64,000 nt of DNA from the human T2T-CHM13v2.0 reference genome, Homo sapiens: the NCBI RefSeq assembly GCF_009914755.1, contig NC_060947.1. One strand, 5' to 3'. Numbering within the stretch: position 1 is the stretch's first letter; each line of letters begins with the position of its first letter. Positions 1 through 41,231 of the stretch are shown here, one piece after another. The notes below the pieces were generated by a model, which made no database searches, was not told the origin of the DNA, and saw nothing but the letters and a program-made list of their open reading frames with translations. The translations under genes and the position numbers were made by a program.

Positions 1-29
1 GAGTCCTGGACAGCTGACTACTGTGACAT

Positions 30-225
30 TACATAAGAGGCCCAAGTTTTTGAAGCCAGACGGGCTGGTGTTTAAATCCTTGCTCTTCCACTTATTAGTT
101 ATGTGAGCCTGGGCGCCTCTTTGTAACTTCCATTCTTCACCAGTGAAATGGGAATAATAATAATACCAATCTTTTAGGGTTTCCTGAATATTGAATTGGT
201 TAACAGGTGTGGAGCACTTTGTGAA
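30..225 (+). mobile_element. MIR SINE (degenerate)
   Basis: MIR core similarity: ttcttcaccagtgaaatgggaataataa. Confidence 0.6.
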
Positions 226-756
226 CCATAAAATGCTGCAAGTTTAGAAGGTGTTTTTTGTTACTGCTTTGCTCCCAGGAATGAACCTGGCCTCTGCAGA
301 GGTGGACAAGCGTGTTTTGAAGTTTGGTGTACACCCAAGGAGAAGCACTACACTAGAGAAGCCCCAGCCTGAGCCAGCTTCCTGCTCCTACTGCTTCAGG
401 CTGGTTTACCTCTGCTACATTTCTCCTGACTTAGCTCTGCTACGTTTCTGCATGTCCCGACACAGCTGCAGCTGCTGCTGCTGCCACCACTGCCGCCCAG
501 TGGCTATTTCAGGAAAAGACCTCTCCCAACCCTCCCCAACCGGCACACCTGCCTGGCTTTTACTGTCCTCACCCAGGGCCAAGAGGAACGGAATGCAGCA
601 GATCAGCCTCACTCTCTTCTGTGAAACTCTTCTTTACTTTGGTTCCTGTGACTTTGCTTTACTCCGGTTCTCCTCTTCCTCTGGATGTTCCTTCTGGCCC
701 CTTCCCTGGCTCTTTTTTCCCCTACTTCCCCAACATGTGAGCCTTCCCCCAAAGAT

Positions 757-850
757 CCTCTCCTCTCCTCTCTCCTCTCCTCTCCTCTCTCTCCCTCTCC
801 ACCATCTCTCTCCCCCTACCCCCACCCTCTCTTCCCCTTCTCTCTTGGAA
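757..850. repeat. CT-rich low-complexity tract
   Basis: (CTCTC)n-like run. Confidence 0.8.
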
Positions 851-1593
851 CATCCACTCTCATGATTTCAACTATGACTCAGAGGTTATCAAAAATTGTA
901 ATGGCCAAGAGACTCCAGCATACAGATCTCTCTCTAATCAAAATGCATCTCTCCTTCTCTCACACTCTTATCACATTTGATTTCTACAGAGATGGCACAT
1001 ACCACAGGCAGCCTAGAATTATACTCATTTGTGTTTTTGGCCATCTCCTCCTGATCCTCCCACCCCCATACCAGAACCAGAGCTCCTTGAGAACATGTAC
1101 CTCATTTTACCTCTGTCTTTCCCATAGCCTTCCAGGTAAAGTTATTATAACATATGTTCTAGATATTTCCTTTCAAATTATATTCTCTGCTGTCCCCCAA
1201 AAAATGCCTTCCAATTCAGAGTTAAGAAAACAAGTACCTTCCACATAGTACATGTTCAATAATAGTTGTTGAGTGAATGAATGACTTAATTATAATTTGT
1301 TGAACTGAATGGTTCCCACATCTATAATCTAAGCCCTATATATGTTGTTTGCTATAGGACACACACACTTGGGTATCTCATTGATGTCTGGAATTTAGTA
1401 TGCAGGAAAAGTTTACTATTTTTTCCCTGACAGAGATAAATAAGATGTACAAATACCATTATTGCTGACACCCTTCCATTGCCCTACTCCTCCAGTTTGT
1501 TCCAGTCCTCTCCCTCCTGGCCCTTCACATCTAATATTCGTAATTGTCTTGATGACAGTTTCTTTGCAAGGTTTGCTGTTTCCTTGGGGCTTT

Positions 1594-1757
1594 AAGAAGG
1601 AAAGGGGGAAGAGGCATGATTTCTAATCTCTTTATCTGAGTTAGGAGGAAAGGAACGAAGGAAGGGAGAGAAGGAGGGAAGGAGGGAGGGAGGGGAGAAA
1701 GGAGGAATAAAGGTAGGAAGGGAGGGAGAGGGAAGAAAATGAGGGAGGGAAGGTAAG
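1594..1757. repeat. GA-rich low-complexity tract
   Basis: (GGAA/GGGA)n-like run. Confidence 0.75.
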
Positions 1758-1759
1758 TG

Positions 1760-1955
1760 ATATAGTGGAAAAAATGCAGGCTTGGAGTCAGACAGACCTA
1801 GGGTTGAACTCTGGCTCCATCGCCTGCCGGCTATGACTATGGATAAGTCTTTCTGAACCTCCATTTCCTCATATGTAGAATGAGGATGCTAGCACCTAGC
1901 TTGTTGTGAGAAGACAATGAAGCAATGCATGTAAGGAACCCAGCAGAGTGCCCTC
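1760..1955 (+). mobile_element. MIR SINE
   Basis: ttggagtcagacagacctagggttgaa...ctccatttcctcatatgtagaatgagg. Confidence 0.7.
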
Positions 1956-2414
1956 ATTGTCGTTATTGAGAATTAAAGTATACGTGTATTTGGAAGGTGT
2001 GAGGTCCACTCCAATTGGCTGAATTTTCTTTATGAAGTGAACAAATGGAATTACCTGCTGAGAGTAAGTGGAACACGAAAGTCACTCAATCTCAATGGAA
2101 AGGAGTAGTGATCTGAAGCCCTGGATGTCTAAACTTACTAATAAAATCATTGGGAAGTGACTGGCTTCACATAGTTGTACACAAGTTAACTTTGTCCATA
2201 TGTATTCTCTGTAGTGTGCCCTTTTTGTCTTTCTACATGTCCAACTTTATCTCCAGCAAGGCTGTTAACAACCTTAGAGTGGAGACCAGGACTAGTTTGT
2301 TCAGCACCTAGGACAGCACAGGAAATCTGTTTCTGCGATTTAATCCATCTATCTCCGTTCCGTCCTCCCCCACTGAGCTAATGCCTCATCCACATCCCAC
2401 TTGAATCTTTTGCT

Positions 2415-2950
2415 ATGTTTTCAGTTGCAATAACAGAAAATCCCAACTTAGATGACTGTTTTTAAAAAAGGAAATATATTATCTTGCATATAAGTTCAGT
2501 AGTGGGTGGCTTTGGAGCTGATTAATTCAGCAGTTCAACAATGTCATTAAAAAATCCTGATTCTTTCCATCTTTCTGATTTGCAAACCTCAGCATGTTAT
2601 TTAGCAACTTTCATGGTCACAAGGTGGCTATTGCCGGTCAGGCATTGTTTCCAGACATGGCAATATTCAATGGTAAAAGAGGAAGGCCTCTTCCTGTATG
2701 CTTATTTTTATCATTCAAGAAAACTTTCCCAGAATCTCTCCAGCATACCTCCTCTCACATCACAGTGGCCTGAATTTCACCATGCCTATAACTAGGCTGA
2801 TCACTGGCAAGGGGGATAAAACGACCATGACTGGCATAGAGGAGCACAGACTCATGCGGAGGAGGATGAATTACCTTAAAAATGGGGATTCTTTCCACAA
2901 GGAGGAAGAGGGAGATGACTATTGAGTTGGTAAGCAATTCTGTCTGCTAC
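2415..2950. mobile_element. Old MaLR LTR (MLT1J/K-like)
   Basis: tcagttgcaataacagaaaatcccaactt...ctttcatggtcacaaggtggct...tctgtctgctaca. Confidence 0.55.
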
Positions 2951-3304
2951 AACCTTTTACTGAATAACCCACTCCTTCCTCATGCAGACATCTGATCCTC
3001 ATTTTCTAACTGGAAGGTCTGGTTGGGGATATCATCCGGGTGTACAGAATGAGGGTGGGTAAGGACCTAAAAATATTTCTTCCACCCATGTATTATAGGG
3101 GCCAGAAACTCCATTAGCTATGCATTCCTTTGCCTACTTACTGTTGCATCCTTGTAAAATGCAAGTATTCCAGGTCAAAGCAAAACTGGTGACAGTTCTC
3201 TTTGGGAAGCTACTAACTGGAAAGAGGCACAAAGAAATTTTCTGGGGGGATGGAAATGTTCTATATCTTAACCTGGGTGGTCGTTATATGCGCGTTTACG
3301 CAGG

Positions 3305-3829
3305 TGTATTAGTTTCCTATGGATGCTGTAATAAATTACCACAGACTTGGTGACTTAAAACAATGCACAGTTCTTCTCTTACAGTTCTGGAGGTCAGAAG
3401 TCCAAAATCAGTTTCAATGGACCAAAATCAAGGTTTCAGCAGGGCCATGCCTGAGCAGGAACAGCCATCTTGCAGCCATGAGAGACTTTAGGGGAGAATC
3501 GATTTCTTTGTCTTTTCCAGTTTTTAGAGCTGTATTCCTTGCATTCCTTGGCTCATGGCCCCTTCCTCCGTCTTCAAAGCCAGCAGCCTAACATCTTGCT
3601 TCAGGCCTCATATTTCCTCCTATCTCAGAGTCAAAACTCTCTCTGCCCCTCTCTCATAAAGAGACTGGTGATTACATTAGGGCCCACCTGGATAATCCAG
3701 AATGATCTCCCTATTTCAACATCCTTAATTTATTCACATCTGCAAAGTCTCTTTTTCATATAAGGTAATGTTCATCGGTTCCCAGGATTAAGACCTGACA
3801 TCTTTGGGGGCATAATTCAGCTTGCCACA
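3305..3829. mobile_element. MaLR LTR (MLT1B/C-like) nested in an old L1M 3' fragment
   Basis: tgtattagtttcctat...ttctggaggtcagaagtcc...gccaca with a near 5-bp TSD gcagg/gtagg. L1M-like sequence lies on both flanks (3190-3304, 3830-3880). Confidence 0.7.
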
Positions 3830-5468
3830 GTAGGTAAAAATTCATTGAGCTGCAGTTAAGATTTGTGAATTTTACCTCAGTCAAGAAATGCACAAACTTC
3901 TGGAAAAGAGTAATGATTTACATTCCATCATAATAATGAATTAAAGACCTAGCAGATCTACTCTTTTCCTACCGAGAGGCCCATGGATCTGAGTAGAAAG
4001 AGAAGATAAGCGGGATTGAGTACCTAAAAGGGAGGTAGGAGCCTCGAGTGTGGGTCTAAAGACAAAAACAGGCTGACCACTAGTCATTCTAGAGATCTGG
4101 GAAAGGTTTCCTGAATGATGAAAATAAGCATACAAGAAGAGAGGCCTTCCTTTCCTGCCATTGAATATTGCCATGTCTGGCATGAAAAGTAGATTCATTC
4201 TGACTTTTCGCCTTCCTCGCAGACACCAACCTTGGCATGTATACAAATCTTTCCTGTATGTCCAGCATCAGTTCCTATCCCACTGTGGTACCTGCAGAAT
4301 CTGGGCTTCTTGCACTATCTGAAAGCCCCTGAGAAGGAGAGAGTTATAGTAACTAAACAACCAGGCCCTGAGATGCATATTGGCTAGGAATGGCAGGGGC
4401 TGACACTGTGAACTGTGCAAAGAGAATATGGGACAGCTGTCCAGGGCCCTCAGTGAGGGGCAGGAGTTAGGGAAGGCCCTGCCCAGCCCTCTGAGCCATA
4501 GCCATAGCCATCCTCTGAGGAATGGACACCCCATTGTGGGGGTTGGGGTTGAGGGCTGTGTCTATAGATAACTACTAATGTCCAGACTGCTGTAAGGGGA
4601 GGTGAAGGAGGTCAGAGTCCTGAAACCCCAGAGCTTATAGATTCTGTCTCTACATTTTCTATGCCCGTGAAGCCTGAGCCTAGGCCCTGTGGGAAGGACA
4701 GTCAAGAAAGGAAGATTACTTTGTTGTTGCTGTTGTGGGGGTCCTGGCAGCTGAAGAGACAGAAATATCTCTAATTCCATGAGCGGTCATACGAGGCAAG
4801 AGAAGCTGCTTAGAGCATGGACTTAGTTAGTTTCAGGGATTGGACAGAGTCAAGAGCTGGGGTGAGGAGGTTTACCCTCGGTAGGGGTGACACAGATGTC
4901 AACCGCCTATTCCCTCCACATGCATGTCCTGCCAGAAGAACCTGTCCCTGGGCTGGGAATCTTATATTACCTTCCTCTCCAATGAGAAGAGAAGTTCAAG
5001 GCTCACAGACATGTGCATACACAGCTCAATGCACTCAGATCCCCCTCCACCACTCCTGCCCCCACTACCTACAGGAGATTGACTCCTGCTGTGCACATAA
5101 GCTGGGATAATCAGGGTTTCTAAACATCAGCTTCAAAAGTCCAATGTCCCAAAGTGGTGGGGGGCTGGGGACGAGGTACTCTTTCCCATACCCTTGGCTT
5201 TTGTGTGGCCTGGAGCCGCTGATATAGAGATTGGAGTGGGACACGAGGTATTCCTTTCAAAAACACAAAGGCCTATACTTTGAGCCCTCCCATTTCAATC
5301 CCCCACCATGCTTCACCTTTAAGACCTCCAACTCCACTTTGATCCCAGTTCTCAGGTTCAAGGCCTCACAAGGCCAAAATCCTGAAGTTACCCTTCTCAA
5401 ACTCCCTTGCCTTTAACATCATCAGAATCAACCTCCTACCCCCACTCTGTCCCAGCAGCAATAGCCTG

Positions 5469-5627
5469 CTAATCTTTTAGCCACTAATCTTTTAGGCACT
5501 AATCTGCTTTCCAAACTCTTGGCACCTGAACTATTTATAGCAGTGTTTTATGCCCCCCCACCAAGAACCCTATTCTTTTCCCATGACCCCCACCAATCAA
5601 AACACTCAGAGGACTGTGGGTATAAGA
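5469..5627 (+). promoter_or_regulatory. ARR3: ARR3 proximal promoter: three CRX/OTX-type CTAATC sites, CCAAT box, TATA box
   Basis: CTAATC at 5469, 5484 and 5499; CCAAT at 5593-5597; TATAAGA at 5621-5627, about 25-30 nt upstream of the inferred exon 1. Confidence 0.8.
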
Positions 5628-5647
5628 GGCTGGGGAGGCAGGCATAG

Positions 5648-5691
5648 CAACCAGAGCTGGAGACTGATGTGAACTTCATCTCTCTCCCCAG
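5648..5691 (+). other. ARR3: ARR3 non-coding exon 1 (5' end approximate)
   Basis: Lies downstream of the TATA box and ends at donor CAG|GTAATA (5691/5692). The next acceptor is ttttcccag|AAAAGG at 6675. Confidence 0.7.
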
Positions 5692-6198
5692 GTAATATTC
5701 CAAAGCCCTCTACTTCTAGCCCATACTAAGCCCTATATCCCTTGCTCTTAGCATCCCTCTTAATATATCAGGCAGCAGTTGAGGGACACCCTTCCTGACA
5801 TAGCCTATAGACATTCAGGCCTAGAGACCCTCCAAAGACCTCTGGAAGCTCCCCTAAGCTCACCCCCTGGGCCAGGCTCAGTAAGCATCAAAGGAAAGCA
5901 CTAGAGAGACATCTCCCTCTCTCTAAGGATTCCCATCCAAAGGCCTAGCCCCTGGGGACCTGGATGGGGATAAGGATGGGAAAATCTAGGAAAGGCAATG
6001 AGAGGGATGAGTTGGTTCAAGGAGGACTTTCAACCTCCATAGAGACTTCTGTCACCAAAAACTGAGAGCATGAAGGCACCAACCCCTTCTCTCTCACACT
6101 TTTCTCCCTTCTTTGTTGAGAGTCAAGGGCATCATGAGGTGAACTCAGGTTCAGGATCCATTGCAGGAGCAGAAGGAGACAGAATCCATTGATTTGTC

Positions 6199-6228
6199 CA
6201 TTCATTCATTCATTCATTCATTCATTCA
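6199..6228. repeat. (TTCA)n microsatellite (L2 tail-like)
   Basis: About 7 CATT units followed by L2-like sequence. Confidence 0.85.
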
Positions 6229-6704
6229 TGTATCCAACAAACATGTCTTGGCACCTAGTGTGTGCCAGGGGATGTCTAGCCTCATACAGACCAAGAAACA
6301 CATTTTTCTCACACTTTTCTGGATGGAAGCCTCTGTCCAGCCTCTTTCCAGAGAAGTTCCTTCTCTCTCAGGGTTCTCAAGAGTTCCCCAGCCATTCTAG
6401 GAAGTTTGGCCCTTTCTGGAGAATACATAGTATGGTTAGTCAATGATTTGTACAAAATAGGAAGGTTTTTTTCCCCTCTTGCCCAAGATGGGCAAGAATA
6501 TGGCTGAAGAAGTACCCTTGGCAGAAGGGAGAATAGGAGGTACTTGATGTGGGTGAGGTGTCTGTCTAAGGAGGAAAGGTTACATCACACTAGGTGTATA
6601 TGGATGGTATGCTGGAGTGGGGTGAGAAGAATAGAAATGAAATGATTGAGCCTTTCTTCTTTCCCTTTTCCCAGAAAAGGCTCAACATCAACTATATAGC
6701 CAAC

Positions 6705-19084
<12,380 letters not shown>

Positions 19085-19134
19085 GCACCTCGCTCTGGTG
19101 CCCGTCTGTGTGGGAGCCCCCACTGTAACACTCT

Positions 19135-19140
19135 AATAAA
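19135..19140 (+). terminator. ARR3: ARR3 polyadenylation signal AATAAA
   Basis: Canonical hexamer 50 nt after the stop codon. Confidence 0.85.
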
Positions 19141-19404
19141 TCAGTTTGTTCAGATGTGCCTAGCGATCTCTTGCCTATTTCCTCTTCCTGGAGGGTCACG
19201 GAACTACTGAGAACAATCTTCCCCACCTCCACCCCTTTGCTGTGATTACACTACACTTAGCCCGTGCTTTTCCCCATACGCTGACCCCAACTTCCCTCTG
19301 ACACGGTCAGTGGCCATCCCTCTCTCCACCCCATGACCCCACTCGAGTGGTCATAGGATTGCGCTGAACACCAGGCGCAGTGCAAGCTGCCAGGAGGGGG
19401 CCGA

Positions 19405-19516
19405 GGGGGCGTGGCCATGCCCAGGCCTGGGTGTGAAGCCAATGGCCGTCAGCCGACGTCAGTAGAGCATGGCGTGAAGTCCGGCGGCTCAGGCTGAGCG
19501 TTGGAAGCCATTTTGG
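19405..19516 (+). promoter_or_regulatory. RAB41: RAB41 promoter / 5' region
   Basis: CpG-rich patch with Sp/KLF box GGGGGCGTGGC (19405-19415), CCAAT (19439-19443), CRE-like GACGTCA (19455-19461) and YY1-like GCCATTTTG (19507-19515). Confidence 0.6.
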
Positions 19517-19535
19517 CTGCAGCCTACCTGAAGCG

Positions 19536-21961
<2,426 letters not shown>

Positions 21962-22298
21962 CAGCTTAGGCTTTCTCTGCCTCATTTGATGGATTTCTTA
22001 CATTTGGGCTTGCCATACCAGTTCTCCTCCCCACCTCGTTTTATGATACATGGCCACTTACTCTCTTCCAATTCCTAGGCTTGGGGTAAAAACAGAACCC
22101 CTGAAAGTGCTATCATTTTTTCCTGACCGCATCTCACAGCTACTGGGTGGAAGCTTCTTGCAGCACCTGGGAATTCTACCTTACCTTCTCCGACAGCTAA
22201 AAGACATCTGTAGAGAATACAGTTCTACAGCAGCTGACATACTTCAAAGGCCAATACAATTCATTCTCCACTGTTTGTTGTTGTTTACCTACACCCTC

Positions 22299-22304
22299 AA
22301 TAAA
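22299..22304 (+). terminator. RAB41: RAB41 polyadenylation signal AATAAA
   Basis: Canonical hexamer about 340 nt after the stop, followed by GT/T-rich sequence. Confidence 0.7.
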
Positions 22305-23051
22305 TGGTTCTTTAACCTAAGGCTGTTATTGCTTGTGCTTTCTCCACACTATACCTATATTTCCACAATGCAATTATCTCATGTTGGTGCCCTAACATAG
22401 AACCAATCCAAGTATTTCAAACAAGAACCAATTTAAGGCAGGAGGGTTTTTGCCTCTTAGGCCCATGGCACCTGGCTGGGACTTTTTACCATGTTTTTCA
22501 TACTTCTTAGATACAATGTTTTAAGACCTGTTAACCACAGGAAGAGTCTTGGACCTCAACATTCAGCCAAGTCACCCAACATGCCTTTATGGAAGTAACC
22601 AAGCTACTATTTTCTTTCTTTCGTGGCCAATGCGGGGCATGGGGTCAGCAAATAGGAGGATAGAACAGGATTTCCCAGGAAGCATAGGGACAGCTACATT
22701 AATTCTACCTCCAGCTCTGCTCTCAAGGGATGTTGCCACCTAACAATAGCAGTGAGGCTCTAGAAGAGGTATGTCAGTAGAGCTAGGGTGGGATATATAG
22801 GAAGAACCAGACCTTCCTCATACAGTATAGTACTACTATTTAGAACAATGTTTCCTACATTTGAAGACTTATTTACTTATTTCCTTTGCTTCTTTAAAAA
22901 TCCAGATTTCCAGATTCCACCTCAGACTAACAGAATCATTGTCCAGTAGAAGGGCCTATAAATACATATTTAAGCTCCCCAGGATTCTTTCAAGGCAAAT
23001 TTTGGGACTTCATCATAGGGGTACATCACCCCACACCACACTAGAAAACTC

Positions 23052-23344
<293 letters not shown>

Positions 23345-23929
23345 TCACACTAGAAAACTTTCAATTCCAAATGGGTATTTTAAACATGCCAGTGGCGATG
23401 GCATAGGCATGACTAGGAATCTTGTAATGGTGGATTGGTAACTAAAGATCTAGGAACATGGCAGAATGTTATTTGGGGCTGGGGTGAAGAAAAGGGAGAA
23501 GTCAGCAGTTAGCACTACTCAACTTACAAGTTGGAAACTGTGAACCAATTTCTTACTGCTGCCTCAGAAAAGAAATGCATCTAAGCCCCTTCCTTAGTTT
23601 ATGTTCCAGATCAAAGAATGTGGGAAAGGAGAAGAGAGAATTATATTACTACTGTCCCCTGCAGAGAAATGCTCAAAGCTCCTAGGGGAACGGGCAGTTT
23701 CTTTCAGTGCCCCTCACTCTATGCCATTTCTTAGTTATACTGTGGTTAAAGTTCCTTGGCCTTGCTAATGTTCTGGTCAGACATCACAGGTAGTTGCGAG
23801 GAAGGTATAGTATTGCTCTGTTCCTTCCAGTGGCTCCTCTCTTTGGAAGAGCTTTTTCTTCCCTCGATAGCATTTTACATCCAATCGGTAACATTCAAAA
23901 GTCACACCAATATTTCTTCAGCATTGTGT

Positions 23930-23935
23930 TTTACT
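23930..23935 (-). terminator. PDZD11: Candidate PDZD11 variant polyadenylation signal AGTAAA
   Basis: TTTACT on the + strand about 470 nt past the stop. I saw no AATAAA between it and the stop. A GT-rich downstream element follows on the minus strand. Confidence 0.4.
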
Positions 23936-24399
23936 TTTTGGGAGAGAGGCTAGGAGGAGGAAGGGGTGAAAACAGCGTCTCACTGGAGTCTCAAAAGTGT
24001 ATGAATCTTCTGGTAGTGCAAGGATGGGATAAGATGGCCAGGGAAGTCAGATGGAAAATCCCCAAGATTCTTTTTGCTACTGATTTCTATAATTAAAATA
24101 TGACATATGTAAGGGACTAGTGCATGATATTCAATAAATGTCAGTTGTCTTTCCTAACTAGGTTCCTCACAGGCTAGGTTATGCCTAGATATCATCATCC
24201 TCCTTTCAGGGAATGAAGCTCACCTAGAAAACTAGGGAACTAAAAGTGCAATATGGTTTGGGTAATGCAGTTGGTTAGCTGTCTCCCCATCCTCCCAACT
24301 CACTATTCCAGGGAGGGGCTGAAAACAGAAGTGGCTCCCCTGAAGTCTAGTTAGCATGTCATGACAGAGTCCACATGAAGGGCTGTGGGCTGCAACTTT

Positions 24400-26660
<2,261 letters not shown>

Positions 26661-27178
26661 CTCGGGCAAGGCCCTGGAAGAGTGAATCAGAACAGACAAA
26701 AAGTGGTTCAAAAGGGAGAGCAGCCCAGCAAGTTTCAGACAGCAGCTCCAACCCATTCCAAGGCAGTCAGTCTACAGGCCCAGCCCATATCTAGGTGTTA
26801 AGGTTGGAGGAGAGAAGGAAGACAGAAGAAAACTCTTAACTTAGCTAAACATCTTCTGGATGCCAAGCAACCTGTCAGGTACTCTAGAAAGAGGACCTCA
26901 TTTTTCACAATCCTGCAAAACAGATGTTACCGTCTCAAACCTGGAGAAGAGGAAATCAGGGTCGAGTCTAAAAAGATCTACTTTCGAAGCCCAAGGGAGT
27001 GTTAACTATCCGCAGGGACTCGGGGCAAGGCACCGCCCCACATTTCCTAGATGTGATTAGTAATGGTAGGGTCCTTAGATCGACCCTTCCTTCACCTGAC
27101 CAGCCACCTCCCACGTCCCCGCCCCACATTCTGCCTGAGACCCGCACTCTCAGCCGCATAAACGCCGCACCACCTCAC

Positions 27179-27265
27179 CAGTGGGCAGTCCACAGCGACC
27201 TCAGACTCCGCTCACTGACAATTCAGTCTGGGAACCGGAAGCGGATGCTCCGCAGGGTCGAAAAG
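27179..27265 (-). other. PDZD11: PDZD11 non-coding exon 1 (5' end approximate)
   Basis: Minus-strand donor CTG|gtgagg at 27179/27178, inside the CpG island. Confidence 0.65.
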
Positions 27266-27394
27266 AGGCCGGGCCAGGGTGCAACGAGCTGACCCTCCCC
27301 TTCCCACCGCGCCGGCCTGCGCGCGCCGACGTGCGCGCTCCGCCCTCGGGCAGTCCGCACTGCAATTGGTTGGCGTCTCCGGGACGGATTTGAA

Positions 27395-27469
27395 ACTTGG
27401 CGGTTAAAGCTCCGGCTGGGACAGGGCGGCGGGAGGCCCAGGGAGAACGGGGAAGGGACATTTAGTTTG
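27395..27469 (+). other. KIF4A: KIF4A non-coding exon 1 (5' end approximate)
   Basis: Donor TTG|gtgagt at 27469/27470; next acceptor tcgcag| at 27757. Confidence 0.7.
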
Positions 27470-27768
27470 GTGAGTTACGGGGGCACACCTTAGCTCAGAA
27501 CCTGTTTTTACCCAGTACCCTAGGGCTTTGGTTCTTTGTCGCCGTCCCCGTTGGAGTTTTTTCTTTGCCTTTCAGAAGCCCGTGCACTCTCTTTAGAGTG
27601 CAGGGCTGACGGGCGGTCCAGCCCTGGCCAAGTCATGGAGCGTGAATCTCCCAAGTCAGTGTTCCCGCTGAGGAGGGTCGGAACCGGGGAGGACGCCCTC
27701 CCACCCCTGCTGACCTACTAACATTCATCAGCGAGCCTTCTTTTTCCCCCTCGCAGAGACGGTGCTGA

Positions 27769-39749
<11,981 letters not shown>

Positions 39750-41231
39750 TAAAAACTTCTAGTACTCTTGTTGGTATTGTTGGTGTTTTCGACTGGGATT
39801 TGAGATCACATTCTAACAGTAGCTACGATTCAGATTTGAGGCTGAGTTCAGAAATAGCGAAAAATTGTTTCTTTCCCTTGCTCTCATTCTCTAATTCAGG
39901 TATGAGATTTGGATCTGGCCTTTGGTTTGATTTCATCTGGTCCAGGCAAGTTTTAGTTTTAGTTTTGTTTTGTTTTGTTTTACCCCAACTATTTATAATT
40001 AAAATCAGTATCCTGATTCTGTCATTTTAAGTATTCACCATCCCTTCCAGATGTTGTCACATATAAACCTCAGCCCAATTTCCATGCCTTCATTCAAGTT
40101 GTTGAATTTGAAAAGTGATGAAATTCCTAAGGCTAGAAGAACCCTGTGATGTAGGCTATTAGAAACCTTCTTCTAACATTATAGTGACCTGGTAATCTGC
40201 ATGCCTTGGTAATGATCTTGAAGTGATTATTAATCTCTCTAACAAAAATTAACATCCAGCTCTATATCTCAATTTTGTTCTTAAGGATATCATAAAATAG
40301 TTCATCAGATGCCTTGCTAAATCCAGATACACCATATCTACTGTATTTCTCATAGCTACCAGCTTAGTAACAATACAAAAAAGAAATAAGGGATTTTAGC
40401 CTAAAGTGCTTTTTCTTGGTGAATTCAAGGTTGGCTTCTAGTGCTTATTCTTCTGTTTTCTAGGTTCTTGCATGCTGTCCCTCTAATAATCCACTCTAGA
40501 CTTATATCAAACCCACTGTTTGGTAATTTATGGAATTAACTTTTATCCCTGTTTTGAAAATTGAAATTGCATCTGCCCAGTCTTCTAGAATGTCTTTCTC
40601 TGTGATTCGTCAAAGATCATTGACATAGCTTCAGCAGTCTCGTTTGAAATTACTCTATGTTCCCTTAGCTATAATTCATCTGGTCCAAGATATTTGAACT
40701 CTTATTAAAGCAGTTGGGTTTACACTTACTACCTCTTTACTCATATTGGGCTTCATTTCTCTCTTGGGAACTGAGAAGGCAGAAGGAAAAATATTAATTG
40801 AGGAATTTTATTTCTGTCATTTATCATTATTATACTGTTGGCACTGAGTGCAGACCTGTTTCTTCCTCATTCAGCTTTTTGTTCTGAGTGTCATTCAAAG
40901 TACCCTTTTTGTTCTATGTTTGCACTTGAGATTTAGCTTTCCTAAGACTATTTTTAAAGGCTGTAATGCTTTCTTTATCTTCTTTTAGGTGTTCAGTTCC
41001 AAGTTGTTTTATTTAACAGCTTTATTGAGATATAATTTACGTACTATAACATTACCTATTTAAACTGTACATATCAGTGGATTTTAGTATATTCACAGAG
41101 TTGTACAATCATCATCATAATCTAATTTTAGAACATTTTATCATCCCAAGGAGAAGCCCCATATTCATTAGCAGTCACTCCCCATTCCCACCCCTTTCCC
41201 TGGCCCTAGGCAACCACTTAACTTACATTTC

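Noticed and set aside
251-1248. Long ORFs 251..865 (204 aa) and 685..1248 (187 aa)
   Set aside because: They run through a CT-rich low-complexity tract (poly S/P/L), use non-ATG or weak starts, and show no recognisable domain.
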